This document shows positions 42,073 to 52,512 of a DNA stretch of 64,000 nucleotides, piece after piece. This stretch comes from an uncultured Candidatus Saccharibacteria bacterium. GTDB taxonomy: Bacteria; Patescibacteriota; Minisyncoccia; Phycocordibacterales; CALRHW01. The stretch spans positions 8,059 through 72,058 of the forward strand of contig CAYOUG010000001.1 in NCBI GenBank assembly GCA_964407105.1. The letters run 5' to 3'. The notes beneath the pieces were generated by a model, which worked only from the letters and a program-made list of their open reading frames with translations, did no database searches and was not told the origin of the DNA. A program made the translations under genes and the position numbers. The first letter of the stretch is position 1. Each line of letters starts with the position of its first letter.

Positions 42073-42149
42073 CTGGAGCGGTATGAAATATGCTTTTGAG
42101 CGAGTTAGCAAAGCGCTTTAGCGAGAAAGCATATTTCACACCGCTCCAG
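42073..42149. repeat. Palindromic element, family 2, copy G
   Basis: 25 bp arms 42073-42097/42125-42149 with 2 mismatches around the core GAGCGAGTTAGCAAAGCGCTTTAGCGA. Confidence 0.85.
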
Positions 42150-42194
42150 CCAATCAGATTTGCAATATTTCTCATGGTTTGTATAATACTTGGA

Positions 42195-42431
42195 ATGAGT
42201 ATTGTCGCTTCTATATTACCGTATACACAGGTTGTGTTGTCTATAGTTCTAATCGCCCTGATTCTCTTGCAGAGATCAGAAGCTGGCCTTGGTGGTGCTT
42301 TTGGTGGTGGCGACGGCTTTAGCTCTGGATTTCACACAAAACGAGGCCTAGAAAAGACCTTATTCATAGGAACAATTATTGTTGCTCTACTTTTTGTTAC
42401 CTCGACATTCTTTTCACTCTTTGTACGATAA
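42195..42431 (+). CDS. secG: Preprotein translocase subunit SecG
   Basis: ILLQ..AGLGGAFGG...RGLEKTL and two TM helices. Confidence 0.9.
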   Translation: MSIVASILPYTQVVLSIVLIALILLQRSEAGLGGAFGGGDGFSSGFHTKRGLEKTLFIGTIIVALLFVTSTFFSLFVR

Positions 42432-42486
42432 AACACAACACTCAATATATTAAATTTCTGGTTATTTTATTTGACCTTATATTCAT

Positions 42487-44205
42487 ATGATATCTCATAA
42501 TCGGGCAGACGCTCCTATTCCAAAAAAAATTGCATTAGCAATAAAAACATTCTCTTTTACAGAAAAAATAATTTTTTTCTTGTTTTTTGTTGTGTTTGTT
42601 ATAAGCGGCCTACTTATTATCTGGGGTATAAATAAATATTTTCTTGTTGATGTGCCAAGCAAAGGAGGTTCTCTTGTAGAAGGCATTGTGGGTTCTCCAA
42701 GATTTATAAACCCACTTCTTGCTGTCTCTGATGCAGACAAAGATCTTTCTTCACTCATTTATTCTGGTCTTTTAAAAGCAACCTCGGGGGGCGTTCTCAT
42801 AAACGATTTAAGCAAAGAATACAGTATTTCAGAAAATGGACTTGAATACACCGTCACATTAAAAGATGATGTGCATTTTCATGATGGTGAACCAATCACC
42901 GCAGACGATATTGTGTTTACAGTAAAACGAGCACAGGATAGTAGTTTAAAAAGTCCACGTCGTTTAAATTGGGTTGATGTTATGGTAGAAAAAATTAATG
43001 AAAAGCAGATAAAATTTATTCTCAAACAACCATATTCTCCGTTCATAGAAAATCTTACACTCGGAATTTTACCAGAACATATTTGGAAAAATTTAGATGC
43101 TGATCAATTTTCAGCTAGTCTTTTTAACACCGAACCAATAGGTTCTGGTCCGTACAAACTTAAAAAAGTAAAAAGAAATTCTGGGGGACTTCCAATACTA
43201 TACGAGCTTACCCCTTTTGATAAATACACACTCGGCGAAACTTATATAGAACATCTGACCCTGCGTTTTTATACCAATGAAGACGATCTCATCGAAGCAT
43301 ACACTGGTGGTTATGTAGAAAGTATCAACGGCGTTCCACCACAACGTATCGATAATATTCTTAAAAAGGGTACGGTGGTAGCCACATCACCGCTTCCTCG
43401 CGTGTTTGGTTTGTTTTTTAATCAAAACCAAGCTCCAGTTTTTGTAAATAAAGAAGTAAGAACGGCATTAAATATGTCACTTGATAAAGAACGTATTGTA
43501 CGAGAAGTTCTTCGTGGATACGGTAGCGTATTAAATGGTCCTGTTTTACTTGATAAATCCGCAAAAGCGACATCAACATTTTCTGGTATAGATTCAGCAA
43601 TTGCTCTGCTTACAAAAAATGGTTGGACACTAAATGAAAAAACTGGAGTGATGGAAAAAAAGATAAAAAACGATATAACACCTCTTTCTTTTTCTATAGC
43701 CACAGGTAATGCTCCAGAGCTAAAACAAACCGCACTAATAATGCAAGAAGAATGGAAAAAAATTGGCGCAGATGTGAATATAAAAGTATTTGAAACAAGT
43801 AATCTAAACCAAGATATTATTCGTCCACGTAAATATGATGCGTTACTTTTTGGAGAAGTCACTGGTCGCGACCTTGATCTTTTTCCTTTTTGGCATTCAT
43901 CTCAACGCAACGATCCTGGTTTAAATATTTCAATGTATGTAAATAGCAAAGCAGACAAACTTTTAGAAGAGATGCGATCTACAACCGATGCAACAATAAA
44001 AAAAGAAAAATATCTTGCGTTTGAATCACTTGTTGCCGAAGATATACCAGCAATATTTACATACTCGCCAGATTTTATTTATCTTGTGCCAACAAAAATT
44101 AAAAATCTTACTCTCGGAAATATTACAGCACCATCAGAACGATTTATGAATATTGACGAATGGTATGTACAAACGAATAAAGTATGGAAAATATTTGTAA
44201 AATAA
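42487..44205 (+). CDS. Family 5 (peptide) ABC substrate-binding protein
   Basis: LIYSGL, FHDGEPITADDIVFT, PIGSGPY, VRTALN. Confidence 0.88.
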   Translation: MISHNRADAPIPKKIALAIKTFSFTEKIIFFLFFVVFVISGLLIIWGINKYFLVDVPSKGGSLVEGIVGSPRFINPLLAVSDADKDLSSLIYSGLLKATSGGVLINDLSKEYSISENGLEYTVTLKDDVHFHDGEPITADDIVFTVKRAQDSSLKSPRRLNWVDVMVEKINEKQIKFILKQPYSPFIENLTLGILPEHIWKNLDADQFSASLFNTEPIGSGPYKLKKVKRNSGGLPILYELTPFDKYTLGETYIEHLTLRFYTNEDDLIEAYTGGYVESINGVPPQRIDNILKKGTVVATSPLPRVFGLFFNQNQAPVFVNKEVRTALNMSLDKERIVREVLRGYGSVLNGPVLLDKSAKATSTFSGIDSAIALLTKNGWTLNEKTGVMEKKIKNDITPLSFSIATGNAPELKQTALIMQEEWKKIGADVNIKVFETSNLNQDIIRPRKYDALLFGEVTGRDLDLFPFWHSSQRNDPGLNISMYVNSKADKLLEEMRSTTDATIKKEKYLAFESLVAEDIPAIFTYSPDFIYLVPTKIKNLTLGNITAPSERFMNIDEWYVQTNKVWKIFVK

Positions 44206-44232
44206 AATTAATTAAAAAAACAAAAATATATT

Positions 44233-46164
44233 ATGAAAGATGCATTTGAAGCGCAAACATCAAACAGCGCTATAGAAAAAGGTCCGATACAAACAGTCGG
44301 GCCAACAAAAGAAAATTCACCACAAAACCCAGCTGGTGAAGCACAAAGAAACAACAGCCGAGGAACTCGCCGACCAAACTCTTCTGGTATGGGACGTGGT
44401 GGTGGACATCGACGTATGGGCGGTATGCGACGCGACAGCTCCCCTCTTCGTGTAGCAAAAAAACAAGAAGACACCATTCCACCAATCGGTGAGAGTGTGC
44501 GTATTATTCCACTTGGAGGAGTAGAAGAAGTTGGAAAAAACATGACAGCAATTGAATACAAGGACGATATTATCGTTCTTGATATGGGTTTTGGTTTCAG
44601 TGAAGAAAACACACCGGGTGTAGACTACATTTTGCCAAATTCAAAATACTTAGAAGACAATAAACACAAAATTAAAGCCGTGGTTATCACTCACGGACAT
44701 CTCGACCATATCGGTGGAATTCCATACATCATGCCTAGAATAGGTAATCCGCCAATGTACACCCGAGAACTGACATCGATTATGATCAGAAAGCGACAAG
44801 AAGAATTTGCTCATCTGCCACCGCTAGATATTCGTGTTGTGGAAAAAGACGATCATATTCGCATCGGTAATTTACCTGTACGCTTTTTTGCAGTTACTCA
44901 CACCATTCCAGATTCAATGGGAGTAATCATTGAAACTCCTTACGGCTCTATCGTAAACGCAGGTGATCCAAAACTCGACCATGACGACGGCGTTCCTACA
45001 GACGCTGAACAAAACGAGTACAAAAAATTTGAAAAAGAAAAGGTACTTCTTTTTATGAACGATTCAACAAACGTTGAAAACCCAGGCTGGTCTACTCCCG
45101 AAAAACTCGTACATAAAAACCTTGAAGAAATCATAAAAAATATAAAAGGGAGAATAATTATTGGTACTTTTGCTTCCCAACTTGAACGTATCATTAAAAT
45201 TATCGAGATTGCAGAAATGTATGGCAAAAAAGTGGCGGTAGAAGGCCGAAGCATGAAAACCAACATTGAAGTAGCAAGACTTGCTAAAATGCTCAATGTT
45301 AAAAAAGAAACCATGATCCCTATTGAGGACGTGGAAAAATATCCGCCAGACAAAATCGTAATACTTGCCACTGGTGCTCAAGGTGAAGAGTTTGCCGCAC
45401 TTATGCGTATGGCAAACAAAACTCACAAAAATTTCCGCATCAACAAACGTGATACGGTTTTGCTTTCATCTTCAATCATTCCAGGTAACGAACGCACAGT
45501 ACAAAAACTAAAAGATAATATTGCTAGACAAGGTGCAAAAATAATTCACTATCGTACATCAGATGTGTATATTCATTCCACCGGTCACGGCAACAGAGCA
45601 GAATTAGAGTGGATGTTCAAAAAAATCAATCCAAAATTTTTCATGCCAATTCACGGCAATCACTACATGCTTCGTCTACATGCACAAACTATCGAAGCTC
45701 TTGGAATGCCAGAAGATCACATCATCATTCCTGACAACGGTTCTATTATCGAAATTCAAGAAGAAGGAACAAAACTTGTTCGTCTAAAAGAATCAGCTCC
45801 AAGCGGAATGATGATGGTGGATGGATTTTCTATCGGTGATATGCAAGAAGTGGTAATACGCGACCGAAAAATGCTTGCCGAAGATGGAATGTTTGTCATT
45901 ATCGCAAGTGTTAATTTAAAAACTGGAAAACTCAGAAAATCTCCCGATATTATTTCTCGAGGATTTGTGTATTTACGTGAATCTCAAGATCTTCTTCAAG
46001 ACGCACGACATATTATTAAAAAAAGTGTCGAGGACACAACGGTTGGAATGAACCCTATCAACTTTGATTACGTAAAAGCAAACATTACCGACGTGGTGAC
46101 TCGTTTTCTCTTTCAGAAAACCGCAAAAAAGCCTATTGTTATTCCTGTAGTGCTTGGAATGTAA
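44233..46164 (+). CDS. rnj: Ribonuclease J
   Basis: PLGGVEEVGKN, THGHLDHIGG, HSTGHG, PIHG, SRGFVY. Confidence 0.95.
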   Translation: MKDAFEAQTSNSAIEKGPIQTVGPTKENSPQNPAGEAQRNNSRGTRRPNSSGMGRGGGHRRMGGMRRDSSPLRVAKKQEDTIPPIGESVRIIPLGGVEEVGKNMTAIEYKDDIIVLDMGFGFSEENTPGVDYILPNSKYLEDNKHKIKAVVITHGHLDHIGGIPYIMPRIGNPPMYTRELTSIMIRKRQEEFAHLPPLDIRVVEKDDHIRIGNLPVRFFAVTHTIPDSMGVIIETPYGSIVNAGDPKLDHDDGVPTDAEQNEYKKFEKEKVLLFMNDSTNVENPGWSTPEKLVHKNLEEIIKNIKGRIIIGTFASQLERIIKIIEIAEMYGKKVAVEGRSMKTNIEVARLAKMLNVKKETMIPIEDVEKYPPDKIVILATGAQGEEFAALMRMANKTHKNFRINKRDTVLLSSSIIPGNERTVQKLKDNIARQGAKIIHYRTSDVYIHSTGHGNRAELEWMFKKINPKFFMPIHGNHYMLRLHAQTIEALGMPEDHIIIPDNGSIIEIQEEGTKLVRLKESAPSGMMMVDGFSIGDMQEVVIRDRKMLAEDGMFVIIASVNLKTGKLRKSPDIISRGFVYLRESQDLLQDARHIIKKSVEDTTVGMNPINFDYVKANITDVVTRFLFQKTAKKPIVIPVVLGM

Positions 46165-46275
46165 AGGAATACTCAAAAATAGATTACAAAAAAGCCCCCG
46201 CGACCGAAGTCGGGGGGGCGTTTGTTCTACACGACGCAACCGTCGTCTAGAACTCTCTGTTTTGTTGACTAGTCG

Positions 46276-46869
46276 TCAGTCCTCAGCCTGCGGCTTGGGC
46301 TTAGGCTTCGGTGCTGGCGTCGGTGGTGGTCCAGGTGGTGGACCGCCGCCAACCCAGAAACAAGTGCTGGCTGTGAGAGCGTCGCACTTTGTGCCATTGG
46401 TGCACATTGTCGTTGTGCAACCGAACGTGACACCGTCATGGCAATCACATGGTTGCATGAGCACAACGACCGTGCCTCCGGGTGCAGGCATCGAGACTCC
46501 ACCGATTGCTCCGGCGACAATCACGTTGTCGCCAAGGTCGATGTTGTACTCAAACACCTGCACGCCGTTTGGCAAGATTCCGAGTGTGCCAAACACCGAG
46601 ACAACCATTCCGCTGGAAGTGGGAACAGCTGTGTAGGAAAACTTGTTTCCTACAACGGTTTGTGTGACGACGAATTCTTGTTCGCCGACAACAACCGTGA
46701 TGTTTCCGCTCACATGAGCGACGGAAACATCCTCGAACGGCAATTCAAAGGAAGCCGTTTTTCCCGTCATCGCCTTGGCGATATCAAAGCCGTTTCCAGC
46801 AAACGCTGGAACGGTGGGGATCGCCATTGCAACAAGCAAGGCGACAAGGCTCATCATTTTCCTGATCAT
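46276..46869 (-). CDS. Secreted hypothetical protein with a Cys-rich C-domain and Pro-rich tail
   Basis: Signal peptide ending AFA, AAGGAG SD, six Cys, PPPGPPPTPAPKPKP. Confidence 0.7.
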   Translation of the reverse strand: MIRKMMSLVALLVAMAIPTVPAFAGNGFDIAKAMTGKTASFELPFEDVSVAHVSGNITVVVGEQEFVVTQTVVGNKFSYTAVPTSSGMVVSVFGTLGILPNGVQVFEYNIDLGDNVIVAGAIGGVSMPAPGGTVVVLMQPCDCHDGVTFGCTTTMCTNGTKCDALTASTCFWVGGGPPPGPPPTPAPKPKPKPQAED

Positions 46870-46937
46870 TACTCACTCCTTTGTTTGGAGTTTTCCCGAC
46901 CGAAAAAAAACGCAATCCCCTCTCTAAATCAGTAGTT

Positions 46938-47909
46938 TCAATCTGTTTTTCGCGCGGTCACCTCCATGGTTTGTGTTGGAACGAGATGAGAGTATTTGTA
47001 GCTGTACCTGTCGAACAGGTAATTTTGCCACGGCGTATACGGTGGCTCTGGCCATCGTACGTCGTTTGTGCGTTCAATTTCCCACCGAAGAATCAAAAAC
47101 GTTTTTGTGTCGATGTACATGTGGTCGTTTCTGACCGTCCATGACCGACGCGCACTGCCTCTCATCTTGCCCTCAGATCCTTCGTCCTGAGTAGCAACGT
47201 GGTAAACCTCCTTTCCGTCAAGCGTTTCTAGAGTAACAACTGATGTTCGACCAATTGTATCCATGAAAGCTTTGGCCTGAGAACTCCTATCGAGCCATGT
47301 GTTATGGAACTGTCCAATAGCACACACCGCCGCAGGAATTTCATCCGTAAGACAAGGCTGTGTTTTTAGATTCACATCACCAAACCCATGTGGATCTGGA
47401 GCTGGATATGAATCTGAGAAGTAGCCAACTTGCCCTGGTGTGTCATACCAGTTTGTTTCAGTGCACTCCCCGTCCTTGAGACTGAGGATGAGCTGTGGTT
47501 TATCAGCAGAAGTCTTCCGCATTTTGGTGCTGAAAGATTTTCTACCCATATCCGCACTTATTGAAACATGAGATGTGATAACACCAGGAAGGGTTGCTAC
47601 CGCGACACGAGGATTGAGCATCTCTCGCACCTGTCCCTCAGCAAGCTGGGGGGTTTGTACATAAGAGATCTCTAGCGTGGCTTCAAAAGCCAGTGAATCG
47701 AGAGAAGCATAGGCTTCCCCGACCTTTTTTGCAATTTCCTCCACGGTTGGAAGCGGAATTGAAATTGGCTTTGCCGACGTTTCGGGGGTTCCGATCGAAG
47801 CTTTCGCTTCGCTCGGAACTGTTTCTTCAGTCGCCACAACCAATGCCATACTGGCGGTAGTTGCGACAAGCATCAGAAGCGCGGTCCAAACAAGCGTTAG
47901 ACTTTTCAC
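46938..47909 (-). CDS. Secreted hypothetical protein (start uncertain)
   Basis: Signal-like N-terminus from GTG 47909; C-terminal YID.KT.LI.R pattern weakly recalls LolA-like folds. Confidence 0.65.
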   Translation of the reverse strand: MKSLTLVWTALLMLVATTASMALVVATEETVPSEAKASIGTPETSAKPISIPLPTVEEIAKKVGEAYASLDSLAFEATLEISYVQTPQLAEGQVREMLNPRVAVATLPGVITSHVSISADMGRKSFSTKMRKTSADKPQLILSLKDGECTETNWYDTPGQVGYFSDSYPAPDPHGFGDVNLKTQPCLTDEIPAAVCAIGQFHNTWLDRSSQAKAFMDTIGRTSVVTLETLDGKEVYHVATQDEGSEGKMRGSARRSWTVRNDHMYIDTKTFLILRWEIERTNDVRWPEPPYTPWQNYLFDRYSYKYSHLVPTQTMEVTARKTD

Positions 47910-48077
47910 GGAATCCACCTTTCTTGAAAATTTAGAGTAGGAAAAAAACGGCACCTCTATCTAGAACTGTCAACATGACAGAGAGCTATCTGCTTCAATC
48001 GTATAACTTTCTTTTATGTGTGTCAATGGCCATTACAATCCACATATATTTACAGCCATTTTTGCTATACTTACCTC

Positions 48078-49274
48078 ATGGTAAATTCTCTTTCAAAACC
48101 AGAAATTCATCAAAAAGCGCTGTCTATAATATATCTATCCAACCTTCTTCTTTCTTTTCATTACTTCCTAATCCTCTATATACATTCTTCATTTTTAAGT
48201 ATCTATGTAAACGCTTCACAGCTCGCTCTACTTTTTGTGGCTGGATCTATTTTAAATCTTTTTATTTTTTTAAATATTCCACACATTCTTGAACGTATCG
48301 GAAATTATAAATTTACTTTGTGGGCAATTATTTTTGAGGGTCTAGCAATAACGGGTATGGCTTTGGGTACATCTGCATGGACGATTAGTATGGCATTTAT
48401 TCTTCATCAAGCTGTTATTTCAATGATACTTTTTGGACTCGATATTTTTCTTGAAGGTACTGTAAAAAATGAAGCACACACCGGCACAATTCGTGGCATC
48501 TATCTCACACTTTCAAATCTCACTTTGGTGTTTTCACCTCTTATTGCGGGCATTTTAATTGCAAATAGTAATTTCAAAAAGGTTTATTTTATTTCTCTTA
48601 TTTTGCTTGTGCCACTGTTTCTACTTGTACAGAGAAATTTGAAACACGCGGCTTATAAATATAAAGATGGTGTACGCATCACAACAACTTATCTTATTGC
48701 TAGAAAAAATAAAGATGTTCGGGGTGTGTTGTATGCACACTTTATGCTTCAATTTTTCTACGCGTGGATGGTTATTTATGTGCCAATTTTCCTTCACCAA
48801 CATATTGGATTTGATTGGAAAGAAATCGGAGTAATTTTTACTGTTATGCTTTTACCATTTCTTCTTTTTGAACTTCCAATAGGACGTCTGGCTGACAAAA
48901 AATTCGGCGAAAAAGAAATCATGCTTGTTGGCTTTGTGATTATGGCTGTTTCAACATTTTATATTCCATTAATTTCAAGTACTCATATATTGGTATGGGC
49001 TGTTGTATTATTTCTTACTCGAGTTGGCGCAAGTTTTGTAGAAATCACTTCAGAAAGTTATTTTTTTAAACATGTAAATGAAAAAAATCCCGGATTGATT
49101 AGTTTGTTTCGAATGGCACGACCACTTGCATACATTACCGCCCCCGCCGTTGTAACTGGATCTATTGCTGTTTTTGGTTTAGAAAATGATTTGTATGCTT
49201 ATATTTTTCCTATTCTTTCTGTGTTTATGTTTTTAGGAATGAGATATGCTCTCTCTATCACTGACACCAAATAA
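48078..49274 (+). CDS. MFS transporter
   Basis: About 12 hydrophobic helices, GRLADKKFG motif. Confidence 0.88.
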   Translation: MVNSLSKPEIHQKALSIIYLSNLLLSFHYFLILYIHSSFLSIYVNASQLALLFVAGSILNLFIFLNIPHILERIGNYKFTLWAIIFEGLAITGMALGTSAWTISMAFILHQAVISMILFGLDIFLEGTVKNEAHTGTIRGIYLTLSNLTLVFSPLIAGILIANSNFKKVYFISLILLVPLFLLVQRNLKHAAYKYKDGVRITTTYLIARKNKDVRGVLYAHFMLQFFYAWMVIYVPIFLHQHIGFDWKEIGVIFTVMLLPFLLFELPIGRLADKKFGEKEIMLVGFVIMAVSTFYIPLISSTHILVWAVVLFLTRVGASFVEITSESYFFKHVNEKNPGLISLFRMARPLAYITAPAVVTGSIAVFGLENDLYAYIFPILSVFMFLGMRYALSITDTK

Positions 49275-49451
49275 CACACTTTGAAATATTGTGCAATATG
49301 TTGATAACTCTTTACAAAAAGATAAATTAAGGAGTAATATTGTAGATGGATCGAGTGCGCCTCTCCCGCTAACCCAAAAATAGGCCACTCCTTCTGCATC
49401 TCTTCTCCACCCAGGGCGACATACAGCCCTGGGTATATTTTTGTTTAAATT

Positions 49452-50210
49452 TTAATTTTTTCTAATCTCTGTGTATAAAAATAGAGGAATCTCTTTTCGC
49501 ATTCTGTCTTCTTCTTTTTGTCTTACGCCCGATGCACTTTTTTTGTGAGAAATCCACTCTTCAAGACGTGTTAGAACAAAACCAGCAGATGTAAAAGCTT
49601 TTACATAAAATTGTAAAGGACGATGAAAAGAAATTGTTTCGATTTTTTCTTTTTTTCCTGGATGCATGTCAATAAACACTCGAGACTGAGATAAATAACT
49701 ATCAATACGACGATACTGTACAGAAGATGCATCATCCCAACCCCAAGCAGATGCTTTTGGAATTCTAAATGCTGGATGGTTCATCACAATGTGCACTGTG
49801 CCACCAGAAACGAGCACACGATTACATTCCATAAGCACTGCTTTTATTTCATCAATGTTTTGAATTGCAAGAACAAAAGAGATTTTATTAATTGATGCAC
49901 TTGCAATAGAACTTAAATCATTTGCTGAAGATATTATATACCGCACATGTGGTGGAGAATTTTTTTGAGCAATTTCAATAAGTTCTGAAGACACATCAAC
50001 ACCAATCACATGCTCTGTATTTTTTGCATATTCACGAGTAAAAAAACCCGTGCCACAAGCAAGATCAAGAACCTTGTCTTGCGCAGTGATTGCCATGAGT
50101 CTAATCATGTTTGGTAACAACACTTTTTGATGATAAGAATCATCGTCTCTCGAAAGATGTTCATCATACCAAGAGGCCACCCCTCCCCACGACGTGTCTT
50201 GTTTTTTCAT
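49452..50210 (-). CDS. Class I SAM-dependent methyltransferase
   Basis: VLDLACGTG, GVDVS motifs. Confidence 0.9.
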   Translation of the reverse strand: MKKQDTSWGGVASWYDEHLSRDDDSYHQKVLLPNMIRLMAITAQDKVLDLACGTGFFTREYAKNTEHVIGVDVSSELIEIAQKNSPPHVRYIISSANDLSSIASASINKISFVLAIQNIDEIKAVLMECNRVLVSGGTVHIVMNHPAFRIPKASAWGWDDASSVQYRRIDSYLSQSRVFIDMHPGKKEKIETISFHRPLQFYVKAFTSAGFVLTRLEEWISHKKSASGVRQKEEDRMRKEIPLFLYTEIRKN

Positions 50211-50242
50211 AACGGCTAGTATATCACGAACACAATTTGTTG

Positions 50243-51037
50243 TTACTTTTTAGAATTTTGAATGCAAAGAGAAAGTGCTTCTGTTTGTGTCCATCCGCAT
50301 TCGCCATTATTTTGGAGCTTACATTCTGCTGCCGAATAACACGCATATTCGTTTTTAAATTCACAAGTACTTACTAAATCTTGATCAGCACAAAGCTGAC
50401 CACTACAACCAGTGGGACGACATTCTTTAGTTCCAGATGAGGCCCCATCAGAAACAAGTGCTGGATCAAAAATAATAGGAATTTCTATTTGGGCTGAATT
50501 TTCAATAAGACCAGACGGATTGTCTTTTTGAAGAACAAGGGTACCTTTTTTTGTGTTTACCTTACCAAACATCATTGATCCTGAAAACGGCACAAAATCT
50601 GTCGTCATCCATTCACCTTGCGCGGTAATTGGAATCACCGCTATTTCTTTACCATTTGCGTCAAGTAATTTAGCAGGAAAGGATCCTTCAAAAAACCACT
50701 GCCCACGTGCTTCACCAGAAATAGAAAATGGACTTGAAATAATTGCGTTTAATGTGGGTGACACAACACGAATCATGTCCTCAATACCAATCTTGGGTTT
50801 ATTTATATTTTTATCAATCTCGACTTCAGTACTAGATTTTTTTTCTTCTACAAATGTTTTACCGTCTGGGGTTTTACATTGACGTGGATCAGACTCCATC
50901 ACAGGAAATCCATTATCTACACAAGTAGCAAAGTCTCTAATTAAAACAATATCGCCACGTTCACGCATATAAAAAACAGCAACAAAAACAAGTACCAAAA
51001 ATACTATAAAAAAAAGAATAAAGATGGTTTTTTTCAC
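50243..51037 (-). CDS. Membrane-anchored protein with a Gmad2-like Ig domain and a Cys-rich C-terminus
   Basis: GEARGQWFFEGSFP...DNPSG; CRPTGCSGQLC...CGW. Confidence 0.75.
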   Translation of the reverse strand: MKKTIFILFFIVFLVLVFVAVFYMRERGDIVLIRDFATCVDNGFPVMESDPRQCKTPDGKTFVEEKKSSTEVEIDKNINKPKIGIEDMIRVVSPTLNAIISSPFSISGEARGQWFFEGSFPAKLLDANGKEIAVIPITAQGEWMTTDFVPFSGSMMFGKVNTKKGTLVLQKDNPSGLIENSAQIEIPIIFDPALVSDGASSGTKECRPTGCSGQLCADQDLVSTCEFKNEYACYSAAECKLQNNGECGWTQTEALSLCIQNSKK

Positions 51038-51070
51038 ATCTTTATTATACTACACCGAAAAATGAAAAAA

Positions 51071-51463
51071 TTATGAACTAAAATCAACCTCAAATGGATA
51101 CATACCCATTCCACAAGTACCTTGAAGAGTAGAGACTGGTTGCACGCCAACATCTATATCTGTAGCACCAGACTGTGGCAGATTTTTGCTTATATTCATA
51201 TTAGCAATTCTCACAGACGCAGAACAATCAAATGTGCCGTTTGTAAAAAATCTTAATATTGTTGGAATTCCCGCTTTTGCGATACTTCTTTCTGGGAGAT
51301 ATCCACCTCTAGCCCTGATTTCAATAATTTGTTTTCCATCTACAATACTTACATTGTTTTCTGTGGTTTGTGCACCAACACCATTATTTTTTTTAGAAAC
51401 AATAATTGCTCCTCCAATAATAAGTGCGGCAATTAAAATTGATAATACTACTGTTGTTTTCAT
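51071..51463 (-). CDS. Cupredoxin-domain protein
   Basis: GGYLP, C..., CGMGM; within the copper operon. Confidence 0.8.
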   Translation of the reverse strand: MKTTVVLSILIAALIIGGAIIVSKKNNGVGAQTTENNVSIVDGKQIIEIRARGGYLPERSIAKAGIPTILRFFTNGTFDCSASVRIANMNISKNLPQSGATDIDVGVQPVSTLQGTCGMGMYPFEVDFSS

Positions 51464-51477
51464 GTGGACTTATTATA

Positions 51478-52509
51478 TTAAAAATTAAAGATTGATGGAA
51501 TGACCCCCAATACAACCAGGCTATTTATAAGATTGAAAATCGCAAACATAATTACAACAAGTCCCGCTGATTTAAAGAATATTCCAGACTTTGCACTGTT
51601 TTTTATACTAAACGAACTAAAACTTACTAGAGCAAGAACCGGAAAAGTGCCTAAAGCAAAAGCAAGCATTGTGAGTCCACCATTCCAAAAATTTCCAGTT
51701 GTAAGTGTGTAAAGTTGCATCGACTGAGTAAATCCGCATGGCAAAAAGAATGTGGCGATACCGACCAAAATGGGTGTGAGAGTATGATTAAATTTTGAAA
51801 TACCGTGAGCATGTTTTGCAATAAATTTCGGCATTGACGGTTGAAGTTTTTTGGCCCAAGGAAAAACATCAAGAAGATTAATACCGAGTATGAGCATCAC
51901 GAGACCGATAATTAAACTTAAAATAAATGTCGAGGAAGAGTTGAGAGTAAATGCCGAACCTATCGCACCGATTATTCCACCAAGAATAAAAAAGGATACA
52001 ATACGCCCAACATGAAACATAATTTGCGGTTTAATTTTATCTCCTTCTTTTGCAAAGGTGGCCGACATTGAAAGTACCAAACCGCCAACCACAGCCATGC
52101 AAGTAGAAAGAGAAGCAATAATACCAACCACAAAAGCGGTACCGTAAGTAACATTGCTGGTATTAATAAAATTAATTATTCCAATTTTTTGAAGTATCAC
52201 GAAAAATATACCGAAAAGTAAAGCGACGGGAATAGCAATTTTAAAATCTCCCCAATTTGCTATGTGCTGTTGCTTTTCAACAGAAACCGTATAGCCGTTT
52301 GGTTTTAATAAATCTGTAAACTCTTGTGCAATTTCCTCTGGAGTTTTATTTCCAAAATCTCCCCACACCTCAAGGGAGTGGTTTTTTAAACTTGAAACAA
52401 CCCGACTGATTTGGGGTAAATCTTTTAATGCACTTTCCATCACAAGCACACACGCGTTGCAATGCATACCGTGCACATGAAATTTATAATTTTGCGTTTG
52501 GTTAGACAT
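51478..52509 (-). CDS. HMA + DsbD_2/TauE-like membrane protein
   Basis: GMHCNAC, STCMAVVGG, FLPCGFTQ. Confidence 0.85.
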   Translation of the reverse strand: MSNQTQNYKFHVHGMHCNACVLVMESALKDLPQISRVVSSLKNHSLEVWGDFGNKTPEEIAQEFTDLLKPNGYTVSVEKQQHIANWGDFKIAIPVALLFGIFFVILQKIGIINFINTSNVTYGTAFVVGIIASLSTCMAVVGGLVLSMSATFAKEGDKIKPQIMFHVGRIVSFFILGGIIGAIGSAFTLNSSSTFILSLIIGLVMLILGINLLDVFPWAKKLQPSMPKFIAKHAHGISKFNHTLTPILVGIATFFLPCGFTQSMQLYTLTTGNFWNGGLTMLAFALGTFPVLALVSFSSFSIKNSAKSGIFFKSAGLVVIMFAIFNLINSLVVLGVIPSIFNF

Positions 52510-52512
52510 AAA

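Noticed and set aside
42073-42082. CTGGAGCGGT shared with the tRNA-Gln anticodon arm
   Set aside because: A 10 bp match with no extension; not significant.
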